DNA of 32,000 nucleotides from Candidatus Saccharimonadota bacterium (GCA_001790095.1 MGBH01000001.1:690001-722000), one strand, 5' to 3'. Shown: positions 1-9,772, counted from the stretch's first letter. Notes: generated by a model from the sequence alone, not told the origin. Program-made: numbers and translations.

Positions 1-822
1 GACTCATACTTCGGAACCAATACAACAATATCAAAAATAAAAGAAGATCCAGATGTCTTCCGTGTTCACAGCTTAAACCCTCGGAATATAAACATGATCC
101 AATCGGTTGAGTCCACCTATGGATATCACACTATCGAGACTAAGGCATATCATTTTGTTGTCCCCTACCTTGAAAACAGCAACATTCTTGACTTATTAAA
201 CGTAAAATATGCGCTTTCAGCCCCTACCCCCCCGTCTCGTTTTATCCAACTACAACCCTCTCTTTGGCTTAATACCTCTTTTTTAAATAGAGTTTCGTTT
301 ATACCTTCATATCGTTTGGTGGACCAGGTAGAACAAATTGTGCCGGTTTTAACCAGTCAGACTTTTGAGCCCAAAAAAGAAGTCGTCATTCAAAATACTG
401 ACACAAACACAAAAGCACTTCAAGATTTCAACATCCCTCTTAATAAAAATAATGTGTCACGCGCTACTCCTAAGTCCTCTGTCATCATACATGAAATAAA
501 ATCAACATACGTAAGGGCAGAGCTTGATGTGTCACACGACGGTTTGGTCCTATTTTCTCAATTCATTTATCCAGGATGGCGCGCTAAAGTGGATGGCAAA
601 GAACAGACATTGCTTGAGGCAAATGGGTTTCAGTATGCAACTCCCATTCATAAAGGACATCACATGATAGAGTTTTATTTTCAGTCCAACCCTTTGATAT
701 ACGGAGCGATACTTCAAATAAGCGCCTTGCTGGGAGTCATTTTATTTATAAGCCTCAATAATAAAACGAAAGGCAAACAACTTAAAAAAGGGCAAATCGC
801 CAAGAAAATAATTGAGTTTTGA
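1..822 (+). CDS. YfhO-family membrane protein, C-terminal part (5' end lies off-window)
   Basis: Frame 1 is open from base 1 with no stop before the first ATG at 94, so the gene starts upstream of the window. The block FIYPGWRAKVDGKEQTLLEANGFQYATPIHKGHHMIEFYF followed by a single terminal hydrophobic helix is the usual YfhO-type C-terminus. Stop is TGA at 820-822. Confidence 0.7.
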   Translation, partial: DSYFGTNTTISKIKEDPDVFRVHSLNPRNINMIQSVESTYGYHTIETKAYHFVVPYLENSNILDLLNVKYALSAPTPPSRFIQLQPSLWLNTSFLNRVSFIPSYRLVDQVEQIVPVLTSQTFEPKKEVVIQNTDTNTKALQDFNIPLNKNNVSRATPKSSVIIHEIKSTYVRAELDVSHDGLVLFSQFIYPGWRAKVDGKEQTLLEANGFQYATPIHKGHHMIEFYFQSNPLIYGAILQISALLGVILFISLNNKTKGKQLKKGQIAKKIIEF

Positions 823-1440
823 AAGCAAATATATACGATTGAAAAGAGGGGGCGGAAACAAACCAAAACCAGATAATTTAATATCCTTAAAACCATACCG
901 TTTTAACTTCGATATAAGATTAAAATAGCTACATTGCAGTATACCCTTCTCTACTTCCCAATTCCCTCCTATTAAAATGTGTATAAACCAAAATATATGC
1001 CACGCGTTTGGTTCAGAAAAAATAATACGGCCATCCTTTGACAAACTGTCATAAAAATCAGGAAGATAAGATGCAATGTCTACATGGTGAAGAACATCTG
1101 CCCCAATAATTGCCTTTTTATTTTTTTGCTTTGTCAAATCAACAGCAGTTTTTAAATACACACTTTTATGTATGTTTTTGGCGAATAGAACAAGGGTTTT
1201 AAGGGACTGTTTGCTTATATCAACAGCAGTGATCTTATATTTTTTTTGTATAAGAGGTATTGTCACTCTTCCTACTCCCGCACCAAAATCAACTATCTCT
1301 TCTTTTATACCGCCAAGTTTTTTTTTGATTATTTCTAATTCCTCCCTTACATGTCTTTTTGGGTGTAAAAGAAGAGTCTCATCATACTGGTTTTGTTTGA
1401 CGTTGAAAAACGCCCTTTGTTTCGGATCAACGCGCATCAT
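742..1440 (-). CDS. Class I SAM-dependent methyltransferase
   Basis: Gly-rich SAM motif I is present (VDFGAGVGRVTIPL), with an acidic residue after the next strand (ITAVDIS) and GRIIFSEPN. I took the start at the MMRVDPK ATG (1440), which overlaps the upstream gene by 14 nt. An in-frame ATG at 1506 is the alternative. The 3' end overlaps the convergent YfhO-like gene by 81 nt. Confidence 0.75.
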   Translation of the reverse strand: MMRVDPKQRAFFNVKQNQYDETLLLHPKRHVREELEIIKKKLGGIKEEIVDFGAGVGRVTIPLIQKKYKITAVDISKQSLKTLVLFAKNIHKSVYLKTAVDLTKQKNKKAIIGADVLHHVDIASYLPDFYDSLSKDGRIIFSEPNAWHIFWFIHILIGGNWEVEKGILQCSYFNLISKLKRYGFKDIKLSGFGLFPPPLFNRIYLLSKLNYFLGDLPFFKLFAFRFIIEAYK

Positions 1441-3109
1441 GGGTTTTTTTTGAGTTCTGAAAAATAAATACTGAAGGATGATCATAGACGGTAAATGACT
1501 CATCAAACCAGTTGTTTAACCAAGACGACGGATGAAAGGGAAAAAATGATTGATAGAATGGAATAAATTTCTGTATTAATTTATACTTTGTCTTCCCATC
1601 AAACAAATCCTTGTAATATTGGCCCATGCGTGGATACTTATCTGGTATCGTTGGAACACTCGCCCAGGCACGATTTGACGAAAGGATGTAGTAATCGGCT
1701 TGTTCAAGCTGTTTTTCTATTTTGTTCCATTTTTCCGGTGTATCCGGATCAAAAACTCCCATTGACTCAATAGTGAACTGTTTATTGTCTTCACCATCAA
1801 GCATCATAGGCAATGCATCATCCCAATATTCAGCTAGTATGACCGATTTCTTCGGGAGATTCTGATGTATCCAAAAAGATGCCTGGTAACGGGTATGTTT
1901 TTGCAGATAAATGCTTGAAAAAATAAGCGACCAAGCCAATAATATAAAAAGTATAAAGTATCTAGTATTAAGTATTTTGTATCTTCGAATAAACTCCCTT
2001 ATGCCAAAGGCAGCAAAGATACTTAAGAAGGGGTAAATGAGGATAAGATAACGCATCGTTTTTGCAAACTGGATAGAATAATATAGGAAGTATCCAATAA
2101 CCCACAAAATAATCATGACTAATTCTATTGATGTATGGCGTTTGCTCCATCTTTTAAATAACAAATAGATCCCCATTATGCTAAATACAAAATAAGGTAC
2201 GCCTAAGCCAAAAAAAGATAGGTTAAATAAAGAGAAGAGAATGGGTGTCTTACTATACCATTGCACAGCGGGTGGAAAAAAAACCTTTCCGGAAGACAAG
2301 CCGGTGAGTTCTTTCATATTTTTAATAAACAAAAGGCTTGGTTGTAAAGAAAAAAAATCTGATGATTCAAAATAGTAAGGTTCAGTAATACGCAAAGTAA
2401 AATAACTCACACAAACAAATAATGCCACTATCACCGCTGCCGCAATGAACTGCTTTTTTATGAGTAAACGGAAACACAATAAGAAAAGAACAAGTGGCAG
2501 TATATATACTGCATTTATCTTTGATGCAAGAGCCAATCCGAAAAAGAAAGCACTCATTATTCCATCCCAAGATTTATCTGAATAGAAAAAGGAAAGAGAA
2601 AAATAAAAGGAAGCAAAGACAAAGGTATTTAGAAATGTATCTGTGGCAAAGAAATGGGATAACTGAATGGGCAATACAGATATCGCATATAAAAAAGTTG
2701 CCCAATATTTGATACTAGTATGAAACTTTAATTGTTTTTCAAACAACTTAGATGTTTTATAAACAAAAAAAAGAATGATAAGATCTGCCAACCCTGACAA
2801 TATTCTTCCTTGAATAGCAAATGCATTATATCCATCGTTTTGCGCAACTACTGCTAGTATTTTATTTAATACAACCGGAAAAACACCATAGACAAAAAAT
2901 GGGTATCCAACATTGGCGGGGTTTAGGCTTGAGACTGTTGGATCAAAATATTCTTCCCAAGTGGTTGGCACTTTCATCGCATTGCCAACCATTGTCAAGA
3001 ATCGTTCGTCAGGATGAAGGTGGAGATTTGAATCCCAGTTAATATTTTGAAATCGTAAGAAAATACCAAGCAATAAAATCCCTATCAGTAGAACTTTATG
3101 AACTTTCAA
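1427..3109 (-). CDS. GT-C fold membrane glycosyltransferase (GT39 / ArnT / PMT_2-like)
   Basis: The 560-aa ORF encodes a polytopic membrane protein. It has an HPDERF acidic motif just after the first helix and a soluble C-terminal domain. This layout is typical of lipid-carrier-dependent GT39-type transferases. Confidence 0.7.
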   Translation of the reverse strand: MKVHKVLLIGILLLGIFLRFQNINWDSNLHLHPDERFLTMVGNAMKVPTTWEEYFDPTVSSLNPANVGYPFFVYGVFPVVLNKILAVVAQNDGYNAFAIQGRILSGLADLIILFFVYKTSKLFEKQLKFHTSIKYWATFLYAISVLPIQLSHFFATDTFLNTFVFASFYFSLSFFYSDKSWDGIMSAFFFGLALASKINAVYILPLVLFLLCFRLLIKKQFIAAAVIVALFVCVSYFTLRITEPYYFESSDFFSLQPSLLFIKNMKELTGLSSGKVFFPPAVQWYSKTPILFSLFNLSFFGLGVPYFVFSIMGIYLLFKRWSKRHTSIELVMIILWVIGYFLYYSIQFAKTMRYLILIYPFLSIFAAFGIREFIRRYKILNTRYFILFILLAWSLIFSSIYLQKHTRYQASFWIHQNLPKKSVILAEYWDDALPMMLDGEDNKQFTIESMGVFDPDTPEKWNKIEKQLEQADYYILSSNRAWASVPTIPDKYPRMGQYYKDLFDGKTKYKLIQKFIPFYQSFFPFHPSSWLNNWFDESFTVYDHPSVFIFQNSKKTHDAR

Positions 3110-3139
3110 CTTTATAACCTTAAAATTTTATAACTTAAT

Positions 3140-4207
3140 TTATCTTTCTTCTTTTTTCTTTACTTTGTTAAGTACTTTCGATAGGTCTTTCCCCTCTTCT
3201 TGTATGATCTTCGGTTCTCCTTTTTTAGGAATAAATGAAAGCATTACTTTAAACAATCCCCCATCTTTTTCTTCTTTCACTAACAGTTTTGTCTTTTCTA
3301 CATCCGGCTTTTTTTTCACCCAGAATTTCAAATGTTCAAAAAAACCACTAAGCTTTCTTCTGCTGTCTTTCGAAAGATTTTTGCTTGTTACTTCAATTCT
3401 TTCCTTTGTACTCTCTCTCACAAACAATGAAAGGAGGTCTTTGGTTGTTATGATATTTATAGGGCGGTTTTGACCATCAACTATCACGACACTTCCAATT
3501 TTCTTTTCTAAAATCAGATGTAGAGCGTCTCGAAGATAGTCGTCTTTACTCAAGGTGAGAACGTACGTCTTTAAAAAGTGTCGAACACTTTTACTCTGCA
3601 ATCCAACCTTATCGCCTGATTTGTCTTGCTTTTCTCTTTTTTTCGGGCTTGCAAGATAAGCAATAAGATCATAATAACTTAAGATCCCTCGCAACCTCAT
3701 CTCCTTATTTACCACAACAAGTTTTGATACTCTAAATTTTTTCAGTTTTTGCATTGCGTATACAAGAGGATCATCTTCAAATACGGTAATAAGGGGTATT
3801 TTTTTTCGTGATAAAACCTCTTCTATTTTTGTAGTAAAGATATCAAGATTCTCCAATCTTCTAAGAAGGCTTCGAGCTGAGATATAACCAACAAATTCTT
3901 CTTTGTCGTCAAAGACAGGTAAATAATGGATTTTTGACTCGATCATAAGTTGCGCTATCTTTGAAACCGGATGTCGCAGTTTGACATGAGGAGCGTGATA
4001 AAGAGCATGCTCCACTTTTGCATTGGATGGTGATGAGGTTTTTATGACACAATAATAAGGATTAATCACTCCAAGATATTTATTTTTATCCGAAAAAACA
4101 AAGGCTGCATCGTGAGCGCTTGATAATTTGTTTAAAGCAAAAGAAAGCGTATCATGCGGACTTACCTTGATTGTATCCTCTGTTTGTATTATGTTGTATA
4201 GCTTCAT
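3140..4207 (-). CDS. CBS-domain protein (four CBS motifs = two Bateman modules) with an HPF/RaiA-like C-terminal domain
   Basis: Four CBS-like repeats are visible: ...FVFSDKNKYLGVINPY, ...HYLPVFDDKEEFVGYISARSLL, ...SKLVVVNKEMRLRGILSYYDLI and ...GSVVIVDGQNRPINIITTKDLL. The last ~85 aa (IEVTSKNLSKDSRRKLSGFFEHLKF...LLVKEEKDGGLFKVMLSFIPKKGEPKIIQEEGKDLSKVLNKV) follow the beta-alpha-beta-beta-beta-alpha pattern of ribosome hibernation factor domains. The gene starts 6 nt after the pepA stop. Confidence 0.7.
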   Translation of the reverse strand: MKLYNIIQTEDTIKVSPHDTLSFALNKLSSAHDAAFVFSDKNKYLGVINPYYCVIKTSSPSNAKVEHALYHAPHVKLRHPVSKIAQLMIESKIHYLPVFDDKEEFVGYISARSLLRRLENLDIFTTKIEEVLSRKKIPLITVFEDDPLVYAMQKLKKFRVSKLVVVNKEMRLRGILSYYDLIAYLASPKKREKQDKSGDKVGLQSKSVRHFLKTYVLTLSKDDYLRDALHLILEKKIGSVVIVDGQNRPINIITTKDLLSLFVRESTKERIEVTSKNLSKDSRRKLSGFFEHLKFWVKKKPDVEKTKLLVKEEKDGGLFKVMLSFIPKKGEPKIIQEEGKDLSKVLNKVKKKEER

Positions 4208-4213
4208 GAGTTT

Positions 4214-5749
4214 TTAAGTTGCCAAGTAACTTATAATACTTAATACACCCCATCCTGTTGCTCCACTATTCGCTATGCCACTACTGCTTGTTACATATGA
4301 AGGTCCTGCAATGTCGATGTGAATCCATTTTGCCTTTACCACAAACTCGCCAATAAATAAAGCTCCTGTGATAGCTCCACCCCATCCACGGCTTGAAACA
4401 TTCTTTAAATCTGCAATATCGCTTTTTAGCAGTTTGAGATATGGCTTGTATAAAGGCAGCTGCCATACCTCTTCTCCCTCTTCTTGAGTTATTTTTATAA
4501 AACGTTTTGTAAAGGTGTCGTTGTTACCAAAAAGGCCTGCGATATTTTCACCAAGCGCTACCTTACAAGCACCTGTAAGAGTCGCTAAATCAATTATTTC
4601 ATCTGGTTGTATGTATTTTTCCGCATATGCAACTGCATCGGCAAGCGTAAGACGACCTTCTGCGTCAGTATTTATGACCTCTGCAGTTTTACCATTGAGA
4701 CCACGTACCACATCGCCTGGTTTGAGAGCTTTTCCAGACGGCATATTTTCACATGCAGGTAAAATACCATATATTTCACCATAAGAAGATATATTAACTA
4801 TTTTATCCAAATGTGCTAAAATTTTAAACACACCCAATACTGTTGCCCCCCCCGCCATATCAGATTTCATCTCTTCCATACCTAAGGATGGTTTGAGGGA
4901 AATTCCTCCTGAATCAAATGTGATTGACTTACCAATAAGACAAATCTTTTTTGCTTTATCCGCAGTAGCCTTGACGAAGGCAGATGTAGCCGACTTTGGA
5001 TTATATTTCAATATGATGAATTTCGGTTCCCTTTCGCTTCCTTTTGCAACTCCCAAAAAAGCTCCCATACCAAGCCGTTCGCACTCTTGTCTATCTAGTA
5101 CCTGTGCGGTGATTGTCCCTTGAGACTCCTTTTCAATATTAAATGCTTCTTTCATAAGAGTCTCGGGATGTACAAAAGATGCTGGTTCATTGACTAAATC
5201 ACATGCAGTAGTAACACCTTTTACTATGTATTCTCCATACCGTATCCCTTGTTCAAATTCTGGAGAAAAATCTTTTTCACTATATACATACATATCTTGT
5301 ACTATGTGATTCTTTTTCTTTTGTTCTTTGCTCTTATATTTATCAAACCGATAATTTCCCATATAAAATCCTATTGCACAATTTTTACCTAAGTCAAAAA
5401 AATCATCTCCCATAATGGGAATATAATAAAGATGAATTGATGAGCTTTTTAAGGACGAAGCCAAACGTACTGCATTTGCTAACCCGTCTCTTATTGAGAC
5501 AAGGGGGCGTTCTTTTGATTTACCTAAACTATAAATAATGATATTTTCATATACGTCTCCACCTTCAACTATGATTGACTCATCTTTTTTGCCTGTAAAT
5601 TCGTGGCGTTTTATTTTTTTTGCAATTCTTTCGCCAGTTAAAATATTAAGTCTCTTTAGAAAGATATCCCCTTTTAAGGCGTCCTCGTATGTGAAGTAAA
5701 TAAGTGTATTTCCTTTATGAGGAAAAGTTTTTTTTTCCAAATAAATCAT
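4214..5749 (-). CDS. pepA: Leucyl aminopeptidase (peptidase family M17)
   Basis: The canonical M17 signature NTDAEGRLTLADA is present, together with TFDSGGISLKP and MKSDMAGGA metal-ligand blocks. The 511-aa length fits the family. Confidence 0.92.
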   Translation of the reverse strand: MIYLEKKTFPHKGNTLIYFTYEDALKGDIFLKRLNILTGERIAKKIKRHEFTGKKDESIIVEGGDVYENIIIYSLGKSKERPLVSIRDGLANAVRLASSLKSSSIHLYYIPIMGDDFFDLGKNCAIGFYMGNYRFDKYKSKEQKKKNHIVQDMYVYSEKDFSPEFEQGIRYGEYIVKGVTTACDLVNEPASFVHPETLMKEAFNIEKESQGTITAQVLDRQECERLGMGAFLGVAKGSEREPKFIILKYNPKSATSAFVKATADKAKKICLIGKSITFDSGGISLKPSLGMEEMKSDMAGGATVLGVFKILAHLDKIVNISSYGEIYGILPACENMPSGKALKPGDVVRGLNGKTAEVINTDAEGRLTLADAVAYAEKYIQPDEIIDLATLTGACKVALGENIAGLFGNNDTFTKRFIKITQEEGEEVWQLPLYKPYLKLLKSDIADLKNVSSRGWGGAITGALFIGEFVVKAKWIHIDIAGPSYVTSSSGIANSGATGWGVLSIISYLAT

Positions 5750-5816
5750 CGTACAGATATGTTAATCCCTCTCTTTAAAAGAGTCAATAGGAAAATGAAG
5801 CAAAACTATGTATAAG

Positions 5817-6821
5817 TCAGGTGATAAAATCAAGATTTATTTGTTGCCATAAAGTATTTAGTCCTTTGTTTTCTTGTGCTGCATACATAATTTTTTTTGG
5901 GACATCAAAGATAACTGAGGCAACTGTTGAGGTCTCTTTTGTCCGGTAAACCGATGAATCATCGTTGGTTGTATAAAGAAGAAGGTCTTTCAAGACGTTA
6001 ACAGTATGTACCTGCGAAAGAACTGATCGGATATGTTGATAGCGTCCTAGGCTTTGCATCTCTTCTTTATATTGTTTCTCTACTTCCTTAAGTGTTCCAA
6101 TATAGTGGTTAGTGTGTACGTAGTTTTTGTTTGTTTCAAAGAATTCGTAACGCCGTGCGGAACTTTCAATACTTAAGACCTTTGTCTTCTTTGACATGTT
6201 GTAACAATACCCTGCGGCTCGCCTCAATTTGGGGAATTCTTCTTTTACTTCTTCAAGACTTTCTCGAGATGAAAGCCAACGAGCGACGATTTGTTTTGGA
6301 ATCCCAATTTGATAATCAGTGTGATACAGTGAGTTAATCGCCTGTATCATACCGCTTGAATTAATACAAATGGTGCCTCCGGATATAAGTCCTGCCAACC
6401 CTAGTTCAACTACCGTTTTATTATCAAGGGTCCGCTTCAATATAAAAAAATACTCCCCTGTCCATACGTCCCAATCTTCGTTGTGTCCAACGATGTATCC
6501 AGATCCATTTTCTTGTTTCAAAAAGATTGATGTACATCTTTCAATATGTTGTTTTTCCATGACCTCATCAATACAATGAAATACCCACAATTTTTCAAAG
6601 GGAATTTTTGCGCCGTTAGCCAAACCATTAATTTCATCTATATACTGAGGAAATACTTTTTTTGTAACATCTAAAAAAGGTAGAGATTTTTTGATTAATA
6701 TATCCCACGGTGCGGGCAAATGAAATGCTTTGATATAGGCCGTTTGCATCTTTGCAGTCAATTGGCCCAACAAATACCCCGCTTCATAATGGTCCTTTGC
6801 ATGAACCTCAATTATTTTCAT
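5817..6821 (-). CDS. Peptidase C45 family protein (acyl-CoA:6-APA acyltransferase-like, Ntn-type hydrolase/acyltransferase)
   Basis: The N-terminal block EVHAKDHYEAGYLLGQ, the candidate nucleophile Cys in ERCTSIF and the GHNEDW block are characteristic of the C45 family. Confidence 0.65.
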   Translation of the reverse strand: MKIIEVHAKDHYEAGYLLGQLTAKMQTAYIKAFHLPAPWDILIKKSLPFLDVTKKVFPQYIDEINGLANGAKIPFEKLWVFHCIDEVMEKQHIERCTSIFLKQENGSGYIVGHNEDWDVWTGEYFFILKRTLDNKTVVELGLAGLISGGTICINSSGMIQAINSLYHTDYQIGIPKQIVARWLSSRESLEEVKEEFPKLRRAAGYCYNMSKKTKVLSIESSARRYEFFETNKNYVHTNHYIGTLKEVEKQYKEEMQSLGRYQHIRSVLSQVHTVNVLKDLLLYTTNDDSSVYRTKETSTVASVIFDVPKKIMYAAQENKGLNTLWQQINLDFIT

Positions 6822-6900
6822 ACTATATAGAAGATTGTATCATTTTGTCGCCTCAAATTATTCTTATTTTATTGATGAATATCAATCTTTTAAATTGGTC

Positions 6901-6930
6901 TTGACATTTTGCAAAAATAGGTAATAATGT
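6901..6930 (+). promoter_or_regulatory. Sigma70-type promoter candidate for the ATP-grasp operon
   Basis: A perfect TTGACA lies at 6901-6906. An AT-rich -10 region (gGTAATAATg) follows about 16-18 nt downstream. The ATG is at 6949. Confidence 0.45.
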
Positions 6931-6948
6931 AATAGCTTTCAAAAAAAA

Positions 6949-8394
6949 ATGAAAAGTGATCAAGAGGATAAGCCTCCAAGCAAACCCTCCCTAAACAATT
7001 TACAGAAAAAAAAGAAAAACGGTTACGGTTCAAGCAAAGATGAACTTCTTGTATATGTCTATAATGTGGTTGAAGACGAATGGTCATATATCTCAACCAT
7101 CACTGATAAGGAAGAACGAAAAAAAGAAATTGAGCGAGACAATAACACTGCAGAATGTTATCTTTTTGCAAATGCGGATGAAGACGAATTTGTTTACATT
7201 TCGCCCAAACCAATTACACCAAATTTCAAAAAATATTTTCAGAATTTAGTCGGAGCAAAAAAGATTGAGATATTGGTTCCAAAAAAAGATACCGGCCTCA
7301 TATGTAAAGATCTTTACAATGATATGGCTGTCTTTCACAAATTAGTCAATAAAGCAAAACGTTATAAACGTCTTACTATCGTTAGCTATGCCGCCTCCCC
7401 TCAGTTGTACGAATTGAAGGAACGTCTTGAAAAACGTGGGTTAAATGTCTATATTCCCGAGGCACCAACGATTGATTGTTCATGGACGGTCAATTTTTTT
7501 GGAAGTAAATCAGGAATACGGCAACTTGCACAACAAAGCAGTGCTCTTGAACCAGATTTCATCATGCCAGAAGGCCTCATATGTGTCGGAAAGCTCGACG
7601 CTGCACGTATAGCGGCAAATAAATTTATTAAGGATAACGGCGTAGTTATAAAAACTAATAAAGGTTCAAGCGGTAATGGAGTGCTTATCTTCCGAGACGG
7701 GCAGCTCCCTAAAGATTATAAAAAATGTGAACGCTCCATATATTCGTACCTTAAGCAAGATGAGTATTGGGAACGCTACCCCATCATCATTGAAGATCTT
7801 ATCCCAGTCAATTTCAGTAACGGAGCAAGTAGTTTCCCCAATATTGAATTTAAAATCCAAAAAAGCGGAAAGATCGATATGTTGTATTTTTGTACGATGA
7901 AGATCACTGAGGAGGGAGAGTTCTATGGACTAGATATGCATGAGGACGTCATCAATGAACGTCTTGCAGCTCGAATCATTGATACTGGATATTATATAGC
8001 TGAACGTTACAGCGCAGAGGGATACAGGGGTCATTTTGACATCGATATGATCGCAACCAAATACAATCAAGTGTTTGTAAACGAATCAAACACCAGAAAT
8101 ACGGGGGGTACAGATGTATACAAAGTCGCACTTGAACTCATAGGAAGAGATTTTTTTTCCGATTCATACGTGATAAGCCGAAGCAAATTTCCTCTCCATA
8201 ATGTCCCTCGCCCGTCCTTCCCCACTGTGTTAAAAAAACTTCAACCTCTCCTATTTAACAAAAAAACAAAGGAGGGCATCGTTATTAGCTCTGAAAATAT
8301 CATCAAACAAAAAGAACTTATCTATATAATATTTGGAAATTCAAAACGAAGAGCATATCAAATCGAACAAGATATGCGTTCGCTTCTTCATTAA
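6949..8394 (+). CDS. ATP-grasp ligase with ~200-aa pre-ATP-grasp N-domain (paralogue 1; PGM1-like peptide-ligase family is a tentative placement)
   Basis: ATP-grasp motifs are present: VVIKTNKGSSGNGVLIF (Lys strand plus Gly loop), IIIEDLIP, and GHFDIDMI...VFVNESNTRNTGGTD (Mg/ATP ligands E-x-N). It is clearly paralogous to the next gene. Confidence 0.7.
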   Translation: MKSDQEDKPPSKPSLNNLQKKKKNGYGSSKDELLVYVYNVVEDEWSYISTITDKEERKKEIERDNNTAECYLFANADEDEFVYISPKPITPNFKKYFQNLVGAKKIEILVPKKDTGLICKDLYNDMAVFHKLVNKAKRYKRLTIVSYAASPQLYELKERLEKRGLNVYIPEAPTIDCSWTVNFFGSKSGIRQLAQQSSALEPDFIMPEGLICVGKLDAARIAANKFIKDNGVVIKTNKGSSGNGVLIFRDGQLPKDYKKCERSIYSYLKQDEYWERYPIIIEDLIPVNFSNGASSFPNIEFKIQKSGKIDMLYFCTMKITEEGEFYGLDMHEDVINERLAARIIDTGYYIAERYSAEGYRGHFDIDMIATKYNQVFVNESNTRNTGGTDVYKVALELIGRDFFSDSYVISRSKFPLHNVPRPSFPTVLKKLQPLLFNKKTKEGIVISSENIIKQKELIYIIFGNSKRRAYQIEQDMRSLLH

Positions 8395-8398
8395 ATGC

Positions 8399-9772
8399 AT
8401 GACTAAGAAAATACCTGTATATATCTACAATTCTGTGGAGGATGAATGGCAATACATAAGCGGTTTAAAAAGTAAAAAAGAACAAAGTATTCGAACTACA
8501 CTTTCAAATGCTTTTGCAGATTGTTATTTATTTTCAAACTCCGGAAGGGCAGAATTTATTTTTATCTCCCCTATTGCAATTTCCCCGGATTTTATTTCTT
8601 ATTTTCAGACACTCACCAATTCGCATGTACATGTTCTCACTCCTCACATGATTACTCCATTTATTTCGCTCAATCTCATCTTGGATAAAAAAGTTCTAAA
8701 ACAGCTTATTTCTTTTGCACTTCCCCAAGGGGGTATTGAACTATATCCTTATGCAACAAGTAAACAAATATACATGCTGAAAAAAACTCTTGAAAAAAAT
8801 AATATTTTTACCTCTTTTCCTGAGTCTCCTGATGAGAAAAATTATTGGACTGTTTCCGCTTATGGTTCAAAAACAGGGTTTCGGGAATTGGTCAGCGAGA
8901 TGAATAAAAAAAAAGATTGTCCAGTTAAGATGCCTTATGGCAAAGTCTTTAATAAAAAATCCCAGGCTATTGACTTTGCAGCTAAAATAGTGCTAAAACA
9001 GGGAAAAGCTCTTCTTAAAATTGCGAAAGGATCTGGTGGGCATGGTACGTTTGTCCTGAAAAGAAACGATTTAGGAAAAAACCATACGTTAATAAAGCTA
9101 AACATAAAAAAACTGCTTGGAGATGACCTCTTATGGAAAAAAAATAGAATGGTTGTTGAGGAATATATAAAAACGGATCCAAATAATCCCGTGCAGTTTC
9201 CAAGCATCGAATGTAGGATTGATGAACATGGAATAAACCATATACTTTATCACTGCGCCATGCTTGTCTCGGGGGCGGGAAGTTTTTATGGAATGGAAGT
9301 GGGGAGGGAAGCAGTTCCATCCTTTATAGTCCGAAAGATGAATGCTATCGCAAGAAAAGTAGGTGATGTATATGCATTAAATGGATATAAGGGTCATTTT
9401 GATATTGATATGATCTATGGAAAAGATGGGAAACTATATGTGAATGAGTCAAATGTACGAAATACCGGAGGAACAGATGCATTTAAGCTCTGTCTTCACC
9501 TTCTGGGTAAACGTCTCATGCAAAAATCATTTATCCTCAGTAAATTTGTCGATTTTAAAACCAATACAAAACTTCCTAACTTTAACCAGATTTTAAGCTT
9601 CGTTAAACCAATCCTATACTCAATGAAAACAAAAAGTGGATTGATAATCAGTTCACAAGCTTCCCTTTACGAGCGATCTCTAACATACTTTATAATCGCA
9701 CGTTCAAAGAAAGGGGCATATAAAATGGAGAAAAAACTGTTACAAATTATTCAAACCAGTATCACAAAATGA
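8399..9772 (+). CDS. ATP-grasp ligase with pre-ATP-grasp N-domain (paralogue 2)
   Basis: It shares collinear blocks with the upstream gene: VYIYNSVEDEWQYIS, FISPIAISPDFISYFQ, LLKIAKGSGGHGTFVL, and GHFDIDMI...LYVNESNVRNTGGTD. I took the start at the MTKKIP ATG (8399), 4 nt after the upstream TAA (8392-8394). The listed ATG at 8333 would overlap the upstream gene by 62 nt. Confidence 0.7.
   Translation: MTKKIPVYIYNSVEDEWQYISGLKSKKEQSIRTTLSNAFADCYLFSNSGRAEFIFISPIAISPDFISYFQTLTNSHVHVLTPHMITPFISLNLILDKKVLKQLISFALPQGGIELYPYATSKQIYMLKKTLEKNNIFTSFPESPDEKNYWTVSAYGSKTGFRELVSEMNKKKDCPVKMPYGKVFNKKSQAIDFAAKIVLKQGKALLKIAKGSGGHGTFVLKRNDLGKNHTLIKLNIKKLLGDDLLWKKNRMVVEEYIKTDPNNPVQFPSIECRIDEHGINHILYHCAMLVSGAGSFYGMEVGREAVPSFIVRKMNAIARKVGDVYALNGYKGHFDIDMIYGKDGKLYVNESNVRNTGGTDAFKLCLHLLGKRLMQKSFILSKFVDFKTNTKLPNFNQILSFVKPILYSMKTKSGLIISSQASLYERSLTYFIIARSKKGAYKMEKKLLQIIQTSITK

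Noticed and set aside
6949-9772. The tandem ATP-grasp pair as a graspetide (microviridin-type) RiPP cluster, or ATP-grasp plus Ddl-like as a mycosporine-like amino acid pathway.
   Set aside because: I found no short precursor-peptide ORF in the 127-nt upstream region or between the genes. The enzymes are much larger than MdnB/MdnC-type ligases. No DDGS/EEVS or O-methyltransferase partner is present. I kept it only as a generic peptide-ligase hypothesis.
820-9772. Possible alternative genetic code (UGA recoded), as in some candidate phyla.
   Set aside because: TGA coincides with sensible gene ends: 820-822, 9770-9772 (where the next gene starts by ATGA overlap) and 21714-21716. Long motif-bearing ORFs tile the window under the standard code.
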